Source: Octopus vulgaris (lineage: Eukaryota). Taken from it: a stretch of 64,000 nt of DNA. The notes beneath the pieces are model-generated. The model did no database searches. It was given only the letters and a program-made list of their open reading frames with translations, and had not been told where the DNA came from. Positions 13,455 through 27,385 of the stretch are shown here, piece by piece (within the stretch, counting starts at the first letter, position 1; every line of letters begins with the position of its first letter). A program made the position numbers and the translations under genes. Location of the stretch: NCBI GenBank assembly GCA_951406725.2, contig OX597814.1:105400001-105464000 (forward strand), written 5' to 3'.

Positions 13455-13680
13455 TTAAATCAAACTACGAGCGGCACATTCATGATCGTATATCATCCCA
13501 GAAAGTAAGCTCTTGTGACTTCTGAAGAATTATTAAAAGTGTTAAAAGTAACAATAATGCTTCTATTCCTCTTGTATTCAACGGACCTGAGGATAAAGCA
13601 GAACTCTTTGCTCAACTGTTTAGTTCTCACTCTCTATTCTCAATGCCTCTGGTCATTCACTTCCTACTTTTAACAGATAT
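13455..13680 (+). mobile_element. CR1-like LINE ORF2 relic (between endonuclease and RT)
   Basis: ISSQKVSSCDF*RIIKSV...SIPLVFNGPEDKAELFAQLFSS resembles the FW...DKAxLFAxxF segment. Confidence 0.55.
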
Positions 13681-15126
13681 TTGTGAACTTACCTTCACTT
13701 TCAAGACTTTCTTGGCTGCTGTTTAGAATTTTTTCCAGAAATATTGCTGTTATTTAAGCTTATTCTTTTCCCAGTCTTCGTTGTACACACGAGATCTATT
13801 GCTGCATGTTCTTTGCAGTCTCAGGTTTAATGAAGATTATCATAGTAATGATACATGAGAAACAACAGGCATTAGAGAGCATAAACGAACCGGAGATTGT
13901 TTGCTTCTGTCATTTGAACTTTTACAGCCATTTTTTTTTTCACGTAGCACCAAGGTTTTAAAAGATTAGAATGTCGTGATGCCTGGAAGCTTCCTGCCTT
14001 GGATCACATTCAAAAATGTTGTTTAGAAATAAATGTACATCTATTTGATATGATTTTCTTCAAGTTCTGGCTTTCCAGTTTCCTCTCACTAACAAAGAGA
14101 GGGTTCGTCCCCAATCCGAAAACGATGTTCTTTCAGTGGCCTTTAAACAACATCATCTGTGTAAGCCATGTATACCTGTATCAGTGTCTGTGAGGATTAG
14201 TTTTATAAGAAGAAAAATACCCGTTTCCTATCAGCTTTGACATTTATACTCTTTAGCAGAAATTAACGTCATCTCAAGTTTGAATTGTTAACGACTACAC
14301 GTTGAAATTTCGGCTTCGGTTTCAGAACAACTATTTTCGCTAATTTTTATAATTTTTGCTTTAATTTTGGCAATTTCCGCGAGCTTTCGCTAATTATAAA
14401 TATTTTCCGCCAATTTTGTTTTCGAGAATTTTATCTCAATTCCTTGGCGTCTTTTTTTTTTTTAATATCCAGGTAGCATTAAACGAGTTAGAAAACAGGA
14501 TTCTGTACTTTGGTCGTTTTTATTGCTATTCAATCCATTACTGCCTGGCTTTAAGTTTTAAATCGTCGTAATCTCTAACCCAAATACACCAGGTGACCAA
14601 TACTGTTCTCTCTTTTAATTGAGAAGTTTCTCATTAACGACGAAATTATGAGGAGTTGGTACAGGTGCCGTAATTAGCATTAATTTGATTACGATGTCAT
14701 CATACATAACATCTGAAATTTAAGTTCAAATGAAGTTCAAGTTGACTTTAATATCGTCTTGCAGCTGATGGGGAAAGTCAGTAAATCAGTTTTGCAGACA
14801 AAGGCAATCTACTAATCATTTAATTAACGAGAGTTCGTTGTGAGATTCATGCCTTCACCAACGAGGCTTTAGTGAAGTTATTCAGGAAACCGCTGATTTA
14901 TGGCACCATTAAAAAGGCAGGAAGAAATAAGTGCTTGTAATACAACAGAATCCCCAGGGTCCTATCTATTTGTTCCTTCACATATTCAGTTGAAATATTG
15001 TAAGGGAAGTCAACGTATTTCCATATCTTTCGGCTCAGATCAACAACACGTCTCATTTTGTTTCAAATAATATTCTATAGACCTAGACGTAAGCTATTTA
15101 TAAACCATCAGATTGTTTGTATTCAC

Positions 15127-15128
<2 letters not shown>

Positions 15129-15158
<30 letters not shown>

Positions 15159-15535
15159 TGTATGTATGTATGTATGTATGTATGTATGTATGTATGTATG
15201 TATGTATGTATGTATGTATGTATGTATGTATGTATGTATGTATGTATGTATGTATGTATGTATGTATGTATGTATGTATGTCAAAGGGCAGAAGAGCTAA
15301 CAGCCATCCAACAATATGTGTACATGTGTATGTATGCATGTATGTATGCGCTTGAAAAATATACTAAGACCTATCAGAAAGATGACTAGTCGTAGGCTTT
15401 GCATGTGTGGGACTTTCGATCAGGCGATGGCAAGACTCGAACACGAGTTTGCATGTATGCAGGTATGTATGTATGTATGTATGTATGTATGTATGTATGT
15501 ATGTATGTATGTATGTATGTATGTATGTATGTATG
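15129..15535 (+). repeat. (TATG)n arrays interrupted by short unique segments
   Basis: Direct observation. Confidence 0.95.
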
Positions 15536-15544
15536 TTGTATGCA

Positions 15545-15840
15545 TGCATATATGTGCAGATTTGTATGCTTTGTCTTATGTATGTATTCTCATGCATATA
15601 GTTGCATATCTAGACATGTCCATATATATTTAAATGATAAACTTCTTGAAAGTTTTACAGATTTTTATAGTTCCAGTGATGGATTGAATCTGTATTAGCT
15701 TTCTCTTTTCTAGTTTTGAGGAACCTAATTTCTCAAGATTGGTATTTAGGCATGTGTTACATTGCTCAGGGCTCCAATAATTACAGGTATAAACCTGAAC
15801 TTGTAATTTGAATAGAGTAACTGCAGATTTCTCAATAGTT
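15545..15840 (-). mobile_element. 3' end of an RLE-type LINE, (CATA)n-associated family
   Basis: Minus strand LLRNLQLLYSNYKFRFIPVIIGAL; homologous to 55547-55772. (CATA)n on both sides. Confidence 0.7.
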
Positions 15841-16124
15841 ATGAATGTATGTACGTATGTATGTATGTATGTATGTGTGCATGCATGCGTGTATGTACAT
15901 GTTATGTGTATAAATATGTATTTTAATAAGATTGCCGATTAAAGGGTTTAAATGCCTTTTTCTGTTATATAACAACTAAACTTAAGATTTCTTAGTTTAT
16001 TTGTTTGATTGTTGCGGATACAAGCCACTTCATACATTTTCTAAGGTTGGTGAAGCAGGATGAAATGAAAAATGAAGTGCATAGCAGCCATATGTTATAT
16101 AAACAGAATGGAGAGAGTGGTAAA

Positions 16125-16145
16125 TAGATAGATAGATAGATAGAG

Positions 16146-16215
<70 letters not shown>

Positions 16216-16243
16216 TCAGACAGACATAGATGGATAGAAAGAT

Positions 16244-16296
<53 letters not shown>

Positions 16297-16333
16297 CAGA
16301 CAGATAGACAGACAGTCAGACAGACAGACAGAC

Positions 16334-16364
<31 letters not shown>

Positions 16365-16395
16365 TAGATGGATAGAAAGATAGAGAAAGATAGAT

Positions 16396-16435
<40 letters not shown>

Positions 16436-16436
16436 T

Positions 16437-16494
<58 letters not shown>

Positions 16495-16515
16495 TAGATG
16501 GATAGAAAGATAAAA

Positions 16516-16594
<79 letters not shown>
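16125..16594 (+). repeat. Compound (GATA)n/(GACA)n microsatellite with higher-order repetition
   Basis: The block gatggatagaaagata recurs three times. Confidence 0.95.
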
Positions 16595-16596
<2 letters not shown>

Positions 16597-17419
16597 TTAA
16601 AAGATATACTTTTCCTGTAGGAACCTCTTCGTTTTCAGATGCCATATATCTCCAAGAGGTTTCCTCAACGTTAAGTTCCGGTCTATAATTCTGACATTTG
16701 GACCCTCTTAAAGAAATAACAGTTTCCTTTCGAAGTGGTTTTCTGTGAATATCGCTATAAAGGCATCCATTTAGGGACAATATTTGGGACTTGATGAAAG
16801 AATCTGATACCGTTTTATGGCTGGAATTACAAAAACACCTTATCTTCGCTCCAATGGACAATACTTTCAACAATTGGAGATGAATTTCTTACAATTTGCT
16901 TACAGAACTCTCATCGGAGTAAGATGTTATTAGAGGAATAAAGACATGCCGCCGCCGCCGCTATTATTGTCGTCATCTTCGTCGTCGTCGTCATCATCGT
17001 CATCATCAACATCATCAACATCATCATCATTATCGTCACCCTGTTTGTCAACCTCTTCTTCATCTTTCCTCTCCTCCACCGCCTCCGCCCTCTCCTTCTC
17101 CTCGTCCTCGTCGTCGTCGTTGTCGCCATCGAAGTCGGCAGTAGCAGCAACGAACAAACCACTATTCCGTCACTCAACCTGCTAGAAATGGCAGTCAAAC
17201 CACCCGTCTACCTAGTGAAGACATACTGTATAATGTAGACCTCGTCCCAGAGTTTAACTATAAGATGGGATGGTCATGGGAGGAACGACACTGATTATTG
17301 ATCTGTTTAATCAGAACTAACATGGAGCTGATGCAGCAACAGAAATATACAAGTATACTACAACAGCTACTACTACTACTACTACTACAAATAAGAATCA
17401 TCGTGATAATTCTTTCTAA

Positions 17420-17605
17420 GTCTGACACAAGGCCAGCAATTTTGAGGGGCGGGGAAAATTGAATTCATGGTCCCCAGTGCATAACTGATACTTTATTGAC
17501 TCCGAAAGGCTGAAGGACAAAGCCGACCGCGGCGGAATTTGAACACATAATGCAAGGCCGGATGAAATACTGCAAAGAATTTTGTCCGACGCGATAATGA
17601 TTCTG
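17420..17605 (-). mobile_element. Degenerate SINE family B
   Basis: ccccagtgcataactgatactttattgactccgaaaggctgaagg...ggcggaatttgaac. Confidence 0.7.
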
Positions 17606-18831
17606 TTAACACACCATTTTTACAACAACAACAACAACAACAACAAAAACAACAACAACAACGACAACAACAACAACAATAATAACAATAATAATAATAA
17701 TAATAATTTCAATTGTTTTAGCAGCAGCAAATGAAAGGGACAATGCAAAGATGGTAATGGTGATGACGACGACGACGACGACGGCGATGATGATGATGAT
17801 GATGATTGTGGTGATGGTGATGATGATGATGAGGAGGAGGAGGAGGAAGAAGAACAGTATCCTCGGTTTCAGCATAATCATCATGAGGTTCATCATCATC
17901 TTTACCACCATCACCGCCGCCACTATCACCACCACCATCCATCATTCTCATCATCACCACCACCACCTCCATTATCATCATCATCACCACCACCCATCAT
18001 CATCATCATCATCGTTAATATCGTTTACAATCACAGCACGAGCACAAAATACAAATACCAGAGAATCACCACCACAACTATCACCACCACCACCACCACC
18101 ACCACTACCTCCAGCAACAGCAACAAAAGCAACTACAACAAAAACAGCTAAATAATGATAAAATATCTAAAATAACAACAACAGTAATATGTAGGTGGAA
18201 AATAATAATAAGAGAAAAATCGATATTAATAAACGGCCCTTTACGTAATCGTCCATTGAAGAACTCTGAATCAAAGATGGTTGCCGGTTTGACCCTGGAT
18301 TCTATGAGATTCTTACAAACGTGGACCCTTTTCCTCCCTCCTCCAGAACACTTCAAACAACATGTCCGCCGCCCAAAGTGCCTCTGCTAATATCTTTTAT
18401 TAATATAATGATTCTCAGAGTTGTTCCTCCCTGACAATATTCCATTCTACACAAGAGAATGTGTTGTTGTTGTTGTTGTTGTTAGCTTTGGAATGGAGTA
18501 AAACATTGGATTGTGTTCTGAAGACTTTTGCCCAGAGAACAATATAATGCTACATGTATGTAAGCCGATTATACATGCATACATGTATGTTTATGTGCGT
18601 TCGTGCATGCGTGCCTCTCTGTGTGTGCCTCCGGGTATGTATGTGTATGTATGTGTGTGTGTGGATGAGCATGTTTGAGTGAATGTGTGCATGTACGTAT
18701 GTATGTTTGTATTTATGCTTCTCTATATGTACGTAGGTGTGTAAGGTTGTATGTATACATGTGAGCGTGCAGCTATCATCTGCGTACATATATGTACGTA
18801 AGCAGGTAGATATCCCGGTAGAATATATATA

Positions 18832-19696
18832 CAGGGGTTGGACAAAATAATTGGAACATTAGAAATTTAACTCCAATATTTCAATGAGACATTATATAAT
18901 GAATATCCAAATTTATGAATTTATTATGAATTTATTATGAATTTATATTACGAATATCCAAATTTCATTGCCAGTGTTTTTTTTTTGTTTTTTTTTGTAT
19001 TGTAGATGGTTTTATTTATCTAATTTAATGATTATTTCTATCTCTTTTTCTGATCGTAGTATAAATTAAGCTAAGATGCGTGAGCTCACTGAGTTCAAAA
19101 AAGGGTAAATTGTTGGGGCTCAAATGGCAGGAGCTTCCGTCACCAGAACAGCTGAACTCCTTGGTTTTTTTCTAGAGCTATCATATCAAGGACCATGACT
19201 GAATTTAAGAAGTAGGGCAAAACTTCCAGCAGGAGGAGTAAGTCCGGCAAGACTTCGAAGCTTGCGGAAAGAGACCGACGAGCGTTGTGATGAAAAAATC
19301 ACCAGACAACTGCCTCTAAAGTGACTACAGAGTTGAATCAACATCTGACCAGCCCAGTTTCGACCAAAACTGTTCGCCGTGAGCTCAATAAAGCCGGATA
19401 TCGTGGAAGAGCCGCCATCAGGAAACCTCTCCTTTCTCATCTAAACATTCAGAAACGGCTGAGCTGGTGTAGAGCTCACAAGGGCTGGTCGAAAGATCAA
19501 CAGAAGCAAGTAATTTTCTCCGACGAGTCCAGTTTTTCTCTTTTCCCCGCTGCAGGGCGAGTTTATGAGTGGAGGCGCAGCCCGGAAAAACTTTTAATCC
19601 TGACTGCCTTCTTCCTACAGTGAAGCACGGAGGAGGGTCTGTGATGGTTTGGGCAGCCATTTCTTGGAATTCTCTTGATCCAATCGTTGCCCTGCA
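18832..19696 (+). mobile_element. Tc1-like transposon, 3'-truncated transposase pseudogene
   Basis: TA then TIR CAGGGGTTGGACAAAATAA. MRELTEFKKG*IVGAQMAGAS..., VSTKTVRREL, VIFSDESSF (first catalytic D), TVKHGGGSVMVWAAIS. Stops and frameshifts. Confidence 0.9.
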
Positions 19697-19999
19697 ATAT
19701 TTCTATATATGGTGGTATTTAGCCAAGCATCTTTGAAGTCAGTTTATGGAAAGATTTTATTCTGGTGTCTAGAATTGCCACCAGAACATTCAAGAACTTC
19801 ATGAGGAAAGCATCCACTAAGAAGCTGACATTTATCTCTTTGAATATACATTTCGCTTATTTTTCTTGGAGGTTATATACCGTGGTCAATGCCACGTTAG
19901 AAAAACAGTTTCCATCTTCCAAAGAAAAATTATTCTAGTTACCATTAATAGTTCTGTTCCTTCCTTTCTCTGAAAGTTACTTCTATATTCACATATATA

Positions 20000-20260
20000 T
20001 GGTTTCCAAACTTTTTGGGGGTGCCGCCCTTTGGCACCCAGGCCATATTCCTAGCGCCCATTTAACCCTCCCCACCACAAATATATACCACTCTCTGTAG
20101 CAAATTCAAGACAACTGCATTTCACAAATAAAATATTTTTCTATTACATCTATCACCCCCACTTTGGCCACCCCATCATCGTTCCAATTTTCTTCAATAC
20201 CCCACAGGATTTTTCCACCACTCCCAAGGGGGCAATATAGCTCACTTTGGTTAACCACTG
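20000..20260. mobile_element. Possible hAT-type MITE
   Basis: Ends GGTTTCCAAAC and TTTGGTTAACCACTG resemble CAGTGGTT-type termini. A similar end CAGTGGTTCTCAACC occurs at 22803. Confidence 0.35.
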
Positions 20261-20944
20261 ATATATATACACAACGCAGTTATCAATTTCAAACATTGTA
20301 AAGTAAAATGCTGATTTCTATGAATAAGAGCCCCTAATCCTGAATAGCTTCATTAATCCGGGGGTAGCAGTGAGTGAAGAGATACAACCAGGTTGAAAGA
20401 CCGTCGTGTCTTAATGTCCTCTAACCTTAATGAATGGATTATGTTGTGAACACACATCACCTGAAAGGAGAAGATGTTCTCTGTTGATGAAATACAATTA
20501 ACATATTAGCATATTCATGTTCGAATGTTCCGAAACTTATTTCAAATCACAATATACAGCATTGTTTTGATTTTCCCTCTGTGCACAGGATATTTAACTA
20601 CAACGTTTAGTATCATCAATGAAACTTGATTGAAGCTAATGATCTCTTTTTGCTTATAATTTAATATGTTGACATAAAACCACTTCAAAATATTTATATT
20701 TTATGTATAAAATATCATGATCTTCCGGCTCAAAAAACAACCAAATCAAGAATTTCAAATTTTCTTCGCAAGAAAAAAAAATGAATCAATTTAAGCAGAC
20801 TTCAAATTTTATGACATTATAAATTTAATAGACTTGGTGGGGGAATTTTTTCAAGGTGGGCTGTTATTGAGGTTTTTAGCCAAAAGTTCCAACACAAGCT
20901 TGAAAACATTTCTTTCCCGCAGCCCTTGTGGATTTAATGACTTC

Positions 20945-21580
20945 AAACTTTGACACAAGGCCTGCAGTTTTAGGGAGTAGGATAGTCGACTACATTCACT
21001 TCAGTACTTGACAGGTACTTTATTTTATGGACCACGAAGCGATGAAAAGCAATGTTGACCTCGGTGGAATTTGAAACCAAAGCGTAAAGTACTGCAAGAA
21101 ATGCTGCTGAGCCTTTTGTCCGATGCGTTAACGATTCCACCAATTCGCCATGTTTATAATTTTTTTCCACTAAAGATACAAAGCCTGAAATTTGGATAAG
21201 GGTCTTGTCAATGACACGAACCCCAGTGCTCGGTTGGTATTCATGCTATATACTCCTGAAATACTGAAAGGCAAAGATTGGCCTTGATGGAATTTGAACT
21301 CACAACATGAAGAAATACAAAGAGGGGTTTTTTCACTGTTTTAAGCATTCTGCCATCTCACCGCCTTCCGGTATTTGTATCAAAGGCGCAAGACTTGAAA
21401 GTTTGTGGAGAGGGGACAAGTCGATTACATCGACTCCCAGTGATCGACTGGTACTCATTTTATCGATCTCAAATAGATGAAAGGCAAAGACGACCTCGGC
21501 AGAATTTGAACACTGAACCGGAAGAAAAACAGTAAAGCATTTGGTCCGAAGCTTTAACGATTTTGGCAATACGCCACCTT
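20945..21580 (-). mobile_element. Three head-to-tail degenerate SINE family B copies
   Basis: Each ~200-bp block has caagg...cccagtg/ctggtact...gaaaggcaa...gaatttgaa...gcc. Confidence 0.75.
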
Positions 21581-21601
21581 TATAACGATGATGATGATAA
21601 C

Positions 21602-21632
<31 letters not shown>

Positions 21633-22319
21633 ACGACGACGACGACGATGATGATGGTGATGATGATGGTGATGGTGATGGTGACGTTGATGATGATGAT
21701 CATAATAATGAGGAGGAGGAGGAGGAGGAGGATGGTGATGATGGTGATGGTGATGGTGATGATGATGATGATGATGATGACGGTGATGATGGGAATGATG
21801 ATGAGAAGACGATGGTGATGATGATGACGACAGTGATGGTGATACTGATCTCAGAAGTGCTGGCTGCTATTGTTGTTGTGTATTTCATTCCAACCATTAT
21901 CTCCTCATTTGCAGAAATGCTCATTGATGATATTTTTATTGAATGGAACCAGAAACTTAACAAAATGGTTCAAAACGGAATAAACCCTAAACAAAAAAAG
22001 AATATTTACCTCGCAGAATGCAATAATATTTGTATTATATTAAAAGGGAGACCGAAAAAAAAAAATACCACGTGGCAACCCCCACCTCCCTCCCCTTACC
22101 ATCGAAATCTTTCCTCGGGTACAAAAGTGGTTTTAAAGGAAAACCATTTATATCATAAAATATTTTAACAAACTTTATCAAAGGCAAGTTTATTGCATTA
22201 AAGTTTCTGTTTTTTTTTTGTTTTTTTAAATATGCTTCGTTTTAATAAAACCCTATAAAATTCTATAAGCTTTTGCCTTTGATAAAGTCGCTAAACATCT
22301 ATAAACCATTACATGCTCC

Positions 22320-22358
<39 letters not shown>

Positions 22359-22359
22359 A

Positions 22360-22401
<42 letters not shown>

Positions 22402-24226
22402 AGCCTTGAGTAGTTTTCAATAAGTTTATTTTATATAAATTCCTAGATCTAGTTTTAACGTGTTGCCTTTGAAAGGAATCACGTTGAGGTTATTGTCAGG
22501 CCCTCATTAAAACATGCCGATACACTTTATTTTCTATGGGAGACAAGTCGTGCCAAATTTATCCTTACATTATTTCCAGTTTCCATTTGCACAAATATTC
22601 GGTGGAAACGCTTTGAAGTTTTGTGCAAATTATTGAACTAAAATTTACTCAAATTGACTTGCGACATAGGTTTTGATTCATCCAACATACGGGGTACCTC
22701 ATACAAGGAATTTTCACCGGCCTTTAAGGTATTATTATTTTCCCTATTGAATACACGATATCCTAATTTCTCTCTTTATTATTCAATAGGTGTTGTCTAA
22801 GTCAGTGGTTCTCAACCATGTTTTGCCTATGGACCCCTTAGATTAGTCCTTACTCAACTGGAACCCCTTAACTATTCGATGTTTGAAAAATCCCTCTTAT
22901 ATTTTTACGTATGATTAGACATAATATGTTCCTTTCCTCCCTTCCTCCTCCTCTTCTTCTGTCTCTATGATTCTTTCTCTCCACTCATCCTACACCTCTG
23001 AAGTTAACTATTCTCCTCTCTCTCTCTCTCTCTCCCTCTCTCACCCACCCCTTTCTCTATTTATCCTTTACTCCGCCTTCCTTTGTATGATATAAAGTGT
23101 AGCTGAAGAAATCAGTCAACATTTGTATCGGTTATTATTTACATTGACGTAGACATACTGGAAATAGTGAAAGAGTGCATCGTGGGACCTCTTCGGGAAG
23201 TAACGGAAAGCCCAGAATTGAATGTCTTGTATATCTGTGGATCATTTTGGTTCTGATGGAGCAGAAACAAGATTACAGCGATAAAAAGACTGAATGTCGG
23301 GTACGGTTTTATCTTCTCATCTTTTTGTGCCTCAGGAAACTTCTTGTCTTACTCAAGAAGGGAATTGGGTTTAATAGAAGCTTTATTCTTTATAAACAAA
23401 CCGAGGAACAGATATTTGTTGATAATGTTATTTCCATCAACTGTATGAATATTTTCCAGTTCTTTCAAAATAGAATTTTTTGGTGATACCACTCACTTCC
23501 TTTCGAAAGAAAGCCTGCCAAGGTCCCTGATAATTCAGAACCTTCCGGATCCTGTCAGGTTCTTCAAGAGTTTTAATATCTCTGGAGCAGGTTTCCTGTA
23601 TTTATCATTCAATAAAAGAGGAAAATATAGCGCACTCTATCACCGTCATCACGTGACTGGTTTTATGGAACGCATGAAGATAAAAAGCGAAGCCAACCCT
23701 TACAGGATTTGAACTCGGAAGATAAAATGACAACTAAATTCCACAAAACATTTTGTTCATCATTTTCGCAATTCTGCAAAACTGCAAACATTAGAATATT
23801 TGTGAGCAATGCTGTACAAAAGTGTGGACTTCGTGAGATTCTGTAATCCTCTCAGATTCACTTTTTCATCTAATATGGCCAACAACGAATGCCGCTCGGC
23901 TTTAGTTACACTGTTTGCACTCCTACAAAATACTGTAGATGCATTGCAATGTAGCAGTAATAACAGAGTTGTCACGAAAAGGCGATTTCATACTTCGTAG
24001 AGAAACACTCCCAGAAAAAGGCAATGAACTTCCTATTTTAGGAAAACACTTCAAAATATGTCTGTCAGTGTGGCAGGGAGGAGGGTGAAATTGTCTGAAC
24101 TTTATTCATTTCTTAGCATTTAAAACATCATTGAGCTTCTCGTTTTGTGATAGGTCAGGCAACATATAAATACGCACACAAACACGCAAGTGTGTATATT
24201 GTATTTTATGTGTGTGTATGTATATG

Positions 24227-24311
<85 letters not shown>

Positions 24312-24819
24312 TTGTATGTATGTATGTATGCATGTATGTATGTATGTATATATACATCTCTAGAAATATGTATATGTATATATATATATGTGTGTGTGTG
24401 TGGAGTGAGAGAGAGAGAGATGCACTCTTATTATTTCGAAGTACAATTTTTAAAAAAATTTTCATTTTATTATTTTTTCCTATAAATTATTTTTTCATAT
24501 TTTTTGTATGTTTCTGTACGAATAAGATATGTTAAATTCCAGCATATGCAGCAACAATAACAACAACAACAACAATAATGATTATAATAATAATGGTAGA
24601 GGCTATTTTCCTTTCTTTCTTTTTTATTTATTTTTTTTTTTTCGTTATATATATTTTCAATTTCACGTCGAGATGTAACTGCAGACTGTGAACATATTGC
24701 CTCAGTGTAAGGAACTGCCTGTGGCGCCAAGGAAACATTTGAAAAATCTCTTGTGGAATGGTTTAACTAATTTTCAAATTTCTTTGTTTTCATTTTGTAC
24801 ATGTACATACATACATACA

Positions 24820-24850
<31 letters not shown>

Positions 24851-24852
24851 GC

Positions 24853-24918
<66 letters not shown>

Positions 24919-25137
24919 CTGTGTCTGTGTCTGTGTGTGAGTGTGTCTGTGTGTATATATACATACATATATATATATTCTCATGCATATATGTATATAT
25001 GTATGTATACATATATGTTTGTGTATATGTGTGTGTGAGTGTATTTGTGTACGTGTGTGTGTGTGTGTTGATATTTGAATATATAGTCGATTTTTACACT
25101 TTCACACCAACAATAGTAACAAACTACTACTACTTAC

Positions 25138-25143
<6 letters not shown>

Positions 25144-25183
<40 letters not shown>

Positions 25184-25231
25184 GGTGGTGGTAGTGGTAT
25201 GGTGGTGGTGGTGGTGGTGGTGGTGGTGGTG

Positions 25232-25287
<56 letters not shown>

Positions 25288-25534
25288 TATAACGAAGGCA
25301 ATGCGTTGTTAAAGTATTCTGTTGTCATATTGCATGCAACGTGGGCGATTTGCTGTTGTTGGTGGAGTTGAAGATGATGTTGGTGTTAGTGGTGGAGGCG
25401 TTTTGTTTCATTTGGTTTACTTTAGCGGTGGTTGCTGAAGACGTTGGGAGCGTTGGTGACGGTGGTGAGCAGACTGATGCTTCTTAGCTAGCGATGGTGG
25501 TGGTGTTGATGATGATGATGATGATGATGATGAC

Positions 25535-25572
<38 letters not shown>

Positions 25573-25658
25573 CGACGACGATGATGATGATGGTGAGGAT
25601 GATGATAAGGATGATGATGATGATGACGACGATGATGATGATGGTGATGATGATGATA

Positions 25659-25692
<34 letters not shown>

Positions 25693-25960
25693 CAACGACG
25701 ATGATGATGACGATGATGATGATGATGACGATGATGATGATGATGATGATGATGATTATGACGATGATAATGGTCATGGTGGTGATGATGGTGGCGTCGG
25801 TGACAGTGGTGGCGACGGCAGCAGCGATGAAGTTCATGGTGCTTGGATTGGTGTTGACAGCAGTTGCTATGGTAACGACGGAGCGGGGCGGGGGTGGAGG
25901 GGATGGGTAATGGCGGTAGTTGTCGCAGTGATGATGATGATGATGATGATGATGATGGTT
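25144..25960 (+). repeat. Compound (TAG)n/(TGG)n/(GAT)n triplet repeats
   Basis: Direct observation. Confidence 0.9.
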
Positions 25961-26197
25961 TTGGTGGGGTGGGATGATGACGATGGTTGTGTGCGTTTGG
26001 GAGGGGTGATGATTATGGTTGGGAGGGGCACGGGGGGGTGATGATGATGTTGATGATGATAATTGGTGTGAAAAAACACCGGCGCATAGAGTTACTTTGA
26101 ATAAGGAAGTCGTTCTCCTCCGCCGCCCCTCTTTTTTTTTTAGTAATTGTAATCTGCCCTGCCCTGTACAACCATCCCGTTGCCAGCATTGCACATT

Positions 26198-26233
<36 letters not shown>

Positions 26234-26357
26234 ACACACATACACACGTGCGCACATATATATATATATAAGCAGAATAATGAGAGTTTACCACGCGTTC
26301 ACACGACACAACATGGGGGTGCCTGTGCTTTGTTGATTTTACTAAGAGTATATATTA

Positions 26358-26468
26358 AAGAAGAAGAAGAAGAAGAAGAAGAAGAAGAAGAAGAAGAAGA
26401 AGAAGAAGAAGAAGAAGAAGAAGAAGAAGAAGAAGAAGAAGAAGAAGAAGAAGAAGAAGAAGAAGAAA
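26358..26468 (+). repeat. (GAA)n microsatellite
   Basis: Pure run. Confidence 0.95.
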
Positions 26469-26669
26469 GTAATTAATAACTGTTGTTATGTTATGATATG
26501 AAATTACTTCCTCCTTATCGTAGACAGAATGAAAATAAAACAAAACTACTGAGCTATGACTAAGCACAAGTGTCCTGGATTCCAAGGTAGCCTTTGCACA
26601 TAAGTTGTTGTGACATCAATAGGTTTCTGAAACAACACCAGATGTAAAAGCTAAACAACTTGAATTTTC

Positions 26670-26825
26670 GGGGACGTGTGCTGCGCATGGTAAGAAGATT
26701 GCAATCCCATGGTTCTAGGTTCAGCCCCACTGCGTGGCAGTTTGGGTGAGTGTATTGTAATATAGCCTCGGGCGCATCAGAGCCTTGTGAGAGAATTTGG
26801 TAAACAGAAACTGAAAGAAGGCCAT
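26670..26825 (+). mobile_element. SINE family A 5' fragment
   Basis: catggtaag...ggttcagccccactgcgtggc...gccttgtgagagaatttggtaaacagaaactgaaagaag. Confidence 0.7.
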
Positions 26826-27104
26826 CATGTGTGGCATAATAAACACCATAATATACACCACTACCACCACGTGACTATACATCACACCCACCAACAGTCG
26901 TGGGGTAGCCTACACCAACAGTTGGAGAGTTGCTACAAACATAATGCCAAGGAGCTTGAGTCTGGTAACAGAGCCTGTGTAACTGGACATTTCCCAGGCT
27001 GGTTCCTTCTGAGGATGGGCCTTTGCCCCCGAATTAAATAGGTTTTTGTAAAACTCTGCGCATTGTCAGAAGCTTTCTTATTTCCTTTTTTCTTTCCCTT
27101 CTTC

Positions 27105-27175
<71 letters not shown>

Positions 27176-27299
27176 CCGAAAGTCGGATTTTTATCATGGC
27201 TACCGAATAATTGTCACATATTACATTTACAGATAAATTCCTCTATTTACATAATATCGAGGTCTCTTTCGTTCTTTTGTTGCCTTATCATTACTATCA

Positions 27300-27385
<86 letters not shown>

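Noticed and set aside
16595-16873. Non-repetitive part of the 185-aa minus ORF as an exon
   Set aside because: No recognisable homology and no clear splice sites.
21563-22168. Acidic 201-aa ORF with a hydrophobic segment
   Set aside because: Mostly (GAT)n/(GAG)n, starts within a SINE, and has no recognisable domain or splice support.
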